From NCBI GenBank assembly GCA_002269645.1, contig NIVC01004531.1:1-43040 (forward strand): a stretch of 43,040 nt of DNA, in the 5' to 3' direction. Within the stretch, counting starts at the first letter, position 1. Each line of letters starts with the position of its first letter. Under the pieces are notes generated by a model. It ran no database searches and had not been told where the DNA came from. It worked only from the letters and a program-made list of their open reading frames with translations. Source of the DNA: Macrostomum lignano. Taxonomy: Eukaryota. Positions 37,895 through 43,040 of the stretch are shown piece after piece. Both the position numbers and the translations under genes were made by a program.

Positions 37895-38375
37895 GGGATT
37901 GGGGATTGGGATTAGAAATTTTAGATTAGGGAATTTGGATTGGGAATTTGGGATTTGAGAATTGGGATTGAGGAATCAGGATTAGGAATTTGTTATTAGG
38001 GAATTGGGATTGAGTAATTGGGATTGGGAAATTGGGAGTGGGGAATTAGGATTGAGAAATTGAGATTGAGGAAACGAGATTAAGGAGTTGGGATTAGAGG
38101 AATTGGGATTGAAGAGTTGGGATTGGGGAATTGGGATTTGGGAATTAGGATTGAGAAATTAGGATTGGGGAATTGGGATTGGGGAATTTGGATTGGGGTA
38201 ATCGGGATAGGGGAATCGGGATAGGGAATCGGGATAGGGTAATCGGGATAGGGGAATCGGGATAGGGAATCGGGATTGGGGAATCGAGATTGGGGAATTT
38301 GGATTAGGGAAATCAGGATAGGGAATCGGGATTGGGGAATTGAGATTGTGGAATTGGGAATCAGGAACTGGAACG
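37895..38375. repeat. G-rich degenerate repeat (gggaattgggatt; gggaatcgggata), intron 11
   Basis: Continuous GGG runs every 6-8 nt, starting ~18 nt after the exon 11 donor. Confidence 0.9.
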
Positions 38376-38474
38376 GGTAAAAAGAGATGAGGGATGGAAA
38401 TTAATGAAAAATGGAGCGTTAATCCTGAGTTAAGACACTGATAAGCAAGCATTCGACTCGCATTCCCATGTCAG

Positions 38475-38627
38475 CCCCAATGTCGCCGCCAAGCGAAGTT
38501 CGCTGCCAGGCTGAGGGCGAAGACCGAGTGAGGGTCACATGGACGGAGCCGCCTCAGAAGAGCCTCAACGGTCGGCTTGTTGCGTACCAGCTGCAGTACA
38601 TGCAGGCTGCTGACCTGGTTGGGCAAG
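38475..38627 (+). CDS. Dscam: Dscam-like exon 12 (N-part FN3)
   Basis: Acceptor atgtcag, donor G|GTACGG. APMSPPSEVRC...VRVTWTEPPQKSLNGRLVAYQLQY. Confidence 0.9.
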
Positions 38628-38689
38628 GTACGGTTGATCAAATTTTATAACTTGCTTGAACTTTGAATTATTAACTTGCTGAATTTCCA

Positions 38690-38930
38690 GTCTCATCACT
38701 GCGGATCCATCCAGCTTCATTACTAGGGTCCCAGCTTCCTGAATTCTCAGCCTCATCACTGCAGATCCATCAAGCTTCATCTAAGGTCCCAGCTTCCTTA
38801 ATTCTCAGCCTCATCACTGCAGATCCATCGAGCTTCATCACTAAGGTCCCAGCTTCCTGAATTCTCAGCCTCATCACTGCAGATCCATCCAGCTTCATCA
38901 CCAAGGTCCCAGCTTTCTGAATTCTTAGTC
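38690..38930. repeat. 58-60-bp tandem repeat, ~4 copies, intron 12
   Basis: ctcagcctcatcactgcagatccatccagcttcatcactaaggtcccagcttcctgaatt; starts at 38746, 38804 and 38864. Confidence 0.92.
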
Positions 38931-38962
38931 TCTTTACTTTCCAAAAAGTTACTTTTTTTCAG

Positions 38963-39436
38963 ACGAATCCTCCGCGGTTGAAGTCGAAATTAGCGGGCAG
39001 CAACGGCATCACGTGATCTTGGGCCTCAGCCCGTTCACAAACTACTCAGTCTCAGTGTCGGTCTCAAACTCGAAAGGTCGCTCGCCGCTGTCCCGCCCAG
39101 CGGCCTTCTGTCGGACCCATTCTTCGGCGCCGATTCCGCCAGCAGATATTCGCCCGTTCGGCGCCAATTCTAGCGCCGTGGCGCTAGCCTGGCGCCAGAC
39201 AGATCGACCGAACGGCGAACTGTTACGCTACGATTTGCAAGCCAGATGCGATGGAGGACTGAGCGACGCGGGAAACTTCAGCAAGTTGATGCCGGTAGCT
39301 CCGCCACACAGAACCATGGTGCTGATCAATGGGATCCAAGTCGGTGCACTCTGCCGATTTCGGGTGCGCGCTGTCAACACGCAGCTCATTGGCGACTTCG
39401 GGCCCTGGGTTTTGTTCACCCCCACCGAAGGGACTC
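38963..39436 (+). CDS. Dscam: Dscam-like exon 13 (rest of FN3, FN4)
   Basis: Acceptor ttttttcag, donor C|GTGAGT. GLSPFTNYSVSV...FCRTHSSAP...LAWRQTDRPNGELLRY. Confidence 0.93.
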
Positions 39437-39588
39437 GTGAGTTTTCGTTAATAGTAGCTTTGTTAAATATTTCATGATTGCTACTCACAACGGTGAATTC
39501 AAGTAGTGTAGTTTGAATATTTTGAGTTAAAATTTAAATTTATTCGAATCAAAATTCTCAACGTTCTCAACTTTTAATTACAAAACAG

Positions 39589-39712
39589 AGCCGCTCAGAG
39601 TAGCCAGCCTGCCAAGCGCTTCGAGAGTCGCTCGCGGTTCGTCGCTGACTTTGGACTGTTCGATTGTTGGCGACGGCAGCCACGAAGCTCAGTGGCAGGG
39701 ACCGCCGGTCGA
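39589..39712 (+). CDS. Dscam: Dscam-like exon 14 (N-half Ig10)
   Basis: Acceptor aaaacag, donor GA|GTGAGT (phase 2). PLRVASLP...LTLDCSIVGDGSHEAQW parallels Dscam PAKIASF...MPCLAVG..W. Confidence 0.88.
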
Positions 39713-39717
39713 GTGAG

Positions 39718-40500
39718 TGTCAGGAGGGTGTCGCTTTGGGTGTCAGGAGGGTGTCGCTTTGGGTGTCAGGAGAGTGTCGCTTTAGGTGACAAGGAGGGTG
39801 TCGCTTTGGGTTTCAGGAGGTGTCGCTTTGGATTTCAGGAGGTGTCGTTTTGGGTTTCAGGAGGTGTCGCTTTGGGTGTCAGGAAGGGTGTCGCTTTGGG
39901 TGTTAGGAAGGGTGTCGCTTTGGGTGTCAGGAAGGGTGTCGCTTTGGGTTTCAGGAGGTGTCGCTTTGGGTTTCAGGAGGTGTCGCTTTGGGTGTCAGGA
40001 GGTGTCGCTTTGGGTGTCAGGAAGGGTGTCGCTTTGGGTGTCAGGAAGGGTGTCGCTTTGGGTGTCAGGAAAGGTGTCGCTTTGGGTGTCAGGAAGGGTG
40101 TCGCTTTGGGTGTCAGGAGGGTGTCGCTTTGGGTGTCAGGAGAGTGTCGCTTTAGGTGACAAGGAGGGTGTCGCTTTGGGTTTCAGGAGGTGTCGCTTTG
40201 GATTTCAGGAGGTGTCGTTTTGGGTTTCAGGAGGTGTCGCTTTGGGTGTCAGGAAGGGTGTCGCTTTGGGTGTTAGGAAGGGTGTCGCTTTGGGTGTCAG
40301 GAAGGGTGTCGCTTTGGGTAACAGGAGGTGTCGCTTTGGGTAACAGGAGGTGTCGCTTTGGGTGTCAGGAAGGGTGTCGCTTTGGGTTTCAGGAGGTGTC
40401 GCTTTGGGTTTCAGGAGGTGTCGCTTTGGGTTTCAGGAGGTGTCGCTTTGGGTTTCAGGAGGTGTCGCTTTGGGTTTCAGGAGGTGTCGCTTTGGGTGTC
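39718..40500. repeat. 22-24-bp satellite, intron 14
   Basis: Unit ggtgtcgctttgggt(g/t)tcagga(ag). Contains a 370-bp internal duplication (39786 vs 40156). Confidence 0.95.
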
Positions 40501-40589
40501 ATAGAATATTGCTGTTTGTGTCAGACGTCGTCGCTTAGGATTTGGGAGTTGTATTGCACTTCAAAATCTCATAAAAATGAAAATTTCAG

Positions 40590-40714
40590 CTCGTCTAAAA
40601 AGCAAGTTCTGTCGAACGGATCATTGCTCATCGAATCTGCGCAGAGCAGCGGGCAGTACAGCTGCGTCACAGCTGACAGCTCAGATCACATTAGTCACTC
40701 CGTTGAAGTTTTCA
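40590..40714 (+). CDS. Dscam: Dscam-like exon 15 (C-half Ig10)
   Basis: Acceptor atttcag (phase 2), donor A|GTAAGA. QVLSNGSLLIESAQSSGQYSCVTADSSDHISHSVEV matches Dscam VLPDGSLLI...GDYSC...DSITH.L.V. Confidence 0.9.
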
Positions 40715-40811
40715 GTAAGACGCCAATTCTATGTTCCTTTTGTAGCTTTGGTTTGTTAAGTAGTTCGAAAAGCATTTCAAAGTACATTCCGTTCTTTTTT
40801 TCATTTTTTAG

Positions 40812-40826
40812 ACCCGGACCTAAGGC
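40812..40826 (+). CDS. Dscam: Putative 15-nt microexon of Dscam (junction reads N-P-D-L-R-P between Ig10 and FN5)
   Basis: Long pyrimidine tract (ttctttttttcattttttag), then ACCCGGACCTAAGGC, then a perfect GTAAGT donor. Phase 1-1, no in-frame stop. Confidence 0.7.
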
Positions 40827-41067
40827 GTAAGTATCAATTTGTTAATCACCCACACATGCAGTTATGAGGGCCAATCCCCAAGGCACAGGGAGTGTACATG
40901 CCTGACGATTAGAAATCAAACGGCCGCTGTACACCCGTGGGAGCGTGTGCGTGAATGCTGTGCCTGAGTACAGTATTGGCGCGCTTGTCTGTGCTCATGA
41001 GTCAGCGGAATGTGCACAATTGCCGTCAGCGCTGGTCAGACAAATGAATCCCTGGTCTCTTCCGCAG

Positions 41068-41849
41068 CCACGCCGAGTCCGCCGCAACTTCTGCCTGGCC
41101 GCGTCACCCTGACATCCCTCGAGATTCTCTGGCGACTGTCCGGCACCCAGGCGGGGCCCGCAGCCTCGGTGGCCACTCGGGAAGGCGCCCGGCTAACCGA
41201 ACTGGAGCTGCGCTACACCAACTTGCACAACGGGGAGACTGAGTCTCGAACCCTGGACCTCCATCCCGGCAACCGGTCGCACCTGCTCGATCCAGTCGCC
41301 TGCGGCTCCGCTGTGGAATTTCGCGCCCGAGTTGTCAACGCCTTCGGTTTGCGCAGCGCCTTCGCCGGCCCGTTGCGCATGCGAGCTCCAGGCGCGGCTC
41401 CGTCGCCAGCGGTCTCTGCCGTGACGGGCTCGGGCCTGGTAGTCAGGGAGACCGCTCTTGGCGACGTGGTGCTGAACCTGACAGCCGCGTTTCTTCCCGG
41501 CCTCGGCTGCCCAGCTGAACGCTTCTTCGTCTACGCCACAGGTCGCAGTAGCGACGCTTCAATCGTTGCCGCAGTTTTCGACGGGGACAACGGCAGCGGC
41601 TCGAGTCTGCGACTTACAGCTGGACGGCTGCTGTCGCTGGCGCACAACCTGCGGCTGCCGCTCACTCGGCAGTCTCGGCTCCGACTACGCGTCGTGGCGG
41701 GCAACGCGGCAGGAAATTCCACTACGCCGGCGCTGTTGGACGTCGCTCTCCCGCCGGCACCGCCACCCGTGGCCGCTTGGCCAAGTAGCGGAGATGCGGC
41801 AGCGGTGGCGATGTTGGCACCAACGGGAAAATCCCGAAGGCTTTCCTAA
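41068..41849 (+). CDS. Dscam: Dscam-like exon 16, frame A (FN5, FN6); stop at 41847-41849 before the TM
   Basis: Acceptor cttccgcag. DPVACGSAVEFRARVVNAFG and LGCPAERFFV match Dscam LLCGSRYQV...NNIG and GGCPMSHFVV. The frame closes with TAA. Confidence 0.9.
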
Positions 41850-42410
41850 TCATCTGCGCAGTCGCGGTTGTGGCAGCCGTTTTCGCCGTCGTGATCGGCA
41901 TTGTATTCGCCCGACGATCGTTCTTCGGCTGCGTCGATCGGTCGCCGAAGCCGGGTGTCACCGCTTCGACAACAGCGGCGAGCGCGGCGTTGAACGGGGG
42001 CGTCGGGGGCGGCAGCAGCTCGGAACGAGGCGATCCGGACGCCGATTCCGTTGGCTCGGTCGATTCGCACGGCGAGTTGCGCTTCTACGCCTGCAGGATT
42101 CGACCGGACCCGGCGGAGGCTCAAAATCTGCAGCAGGCGCAGCAGCAGCAGCAACAGCAGCCTTATCGATTGCCGTCCCTTCTGCAGCGACAACCACAGC
42201 ACCAGCAGAACCAGCTGATCGGTTGCAGAGACGAACTGCTCAGCTCTGCCTATCGGCGACATCAAGACAACGGTGGTGGCAGCAGCAGCAGCAACGGGCA
42301 CTACGGTGGCTCCTCGATGGGAGATAGCGGCTGTGCGATGCCGTTCACTTGTCGACCATCGGCTAGTTCCGCGTCGGCTAGTTACTATGGAGGGCGTGGC
42401 GGCTATCGAG
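41825..42410 (+). CDS. Dscam: Dscam-like TM helix and cytoplasmic tail, in the -1 frame relative to FN5-FN6
   Basis: KIPKAFLIICAVAVVAAVFAVVIGIVFARR is a ~22-residue hydrophobic segment with a basic stop-transfer, followed by a Gly/Ser/Gln-rich tail (poly-Q ~42130-42160). Probable donor CGA G|GTGACA at 42410/42411, where composition turns AT-rich; otherwise the frame runs to TAG at 42485-42487. Confidence 0.8.
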
Positions 42411-42535
42411 GTGACACCGATTTTTTAGTCTTGACAACTGTTTCTGATTGGCACAATCAGAGATTACCTTGGATAGACAGACAGTAGGCGTGTATCTTTA
42501 AATAGGATGTAGCGTTCGACAGTGTGCTCCAGACA

Positions 42536-43040
42536 TGGGATGTGACACTGGACCCTGTGTTCCTGACCAGGATGTGACATTTAACACTGTGTTTCTGACC
42601 AGGATGTGACATTTGACAGTGCGTGTTCTTGACCAGGATGTGAAATTTAACAGTGTGTGTTCCTGACCAGGATGTAACATTTGACAGTGCGTGTTCCTGA
42701 CCAGGATGTGACATTTAACACTGTGTGTTTCTGACCAGGATGTGACATTTAACACTGTGTGTTCTTGACCAGGATGTGACATTTAACAGTGTGTGTTTTG
42801 ACCAGGATGTGACATTTGACTGTGTGTGTTCCTGACCAGGATGTGACATTTAACAGTGTGTGTTCCTGACCAGGATGTGACATTTAACATGTGTTCCTGA
42901 CCAGGATGTGACATTTAACAGTGTGTGTTCCTGACCAGGATGTGACATTTAACAGTGTGTGTTCCTGACCAGGATGTGACATTTAACAGTGTGTGTTCCT
43001 GACCAGGATGTGACATTTAACAGTGTGTGTTCCTGACCAG
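42536..43040. repeat. ~34-bp satellite running off the right edge
   Basis: Unit cctgaccaggatgtgacatttaacagtgtgtgtt. Confidence 0.95.

Overview
Eukaryotic (animal) genomic DNA with two divergently transcribed, spliced genes. (1) Minus strand, 3543->585: the first four coding exons of an outer-arm axonemal dynein heavy chain (DNAH5/DNAH8 type), continuing off the left edge. (2) Plus strand, 9003->~42410: a nearly complete, highly diverged Dscam-family receptor. I chained its exons by hand with consistent GT-AG phases: signal peptide, 9 Ig, 4 FN3, 1 Ig, 2 FN3, TM, cytoplasmic tail. Almost every Dscam intron carries its own tandem satellite (4-60 bp units), usually close to a splice site; all the long ORFs in the ORF track are artefacts of these arrays. 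There is one clean non-autonomous hAT element (12-bp TIRs, 8-bp TSD) and a few decayed TE fragments. The mix of GC-rich exons, GTGAGT donors and satellite-filled introns suggests a free-living flatworm such as Macrostomum (inference, not checked). Top leads: (a) the Dscam ectodomain frame stops at 41847-41849 just before the TM, which lies in the -1 frame; a canonical slippery heptamer G_GGA_AAA and a cryptic 77-nt intron both sit at this spot, but a 1-nt assembly error is the simplest explanation; (b) a 15-nt in-frame microexon between Ig10 and FN5; (c) mutually complementary intronic satellites flanking exon 6.
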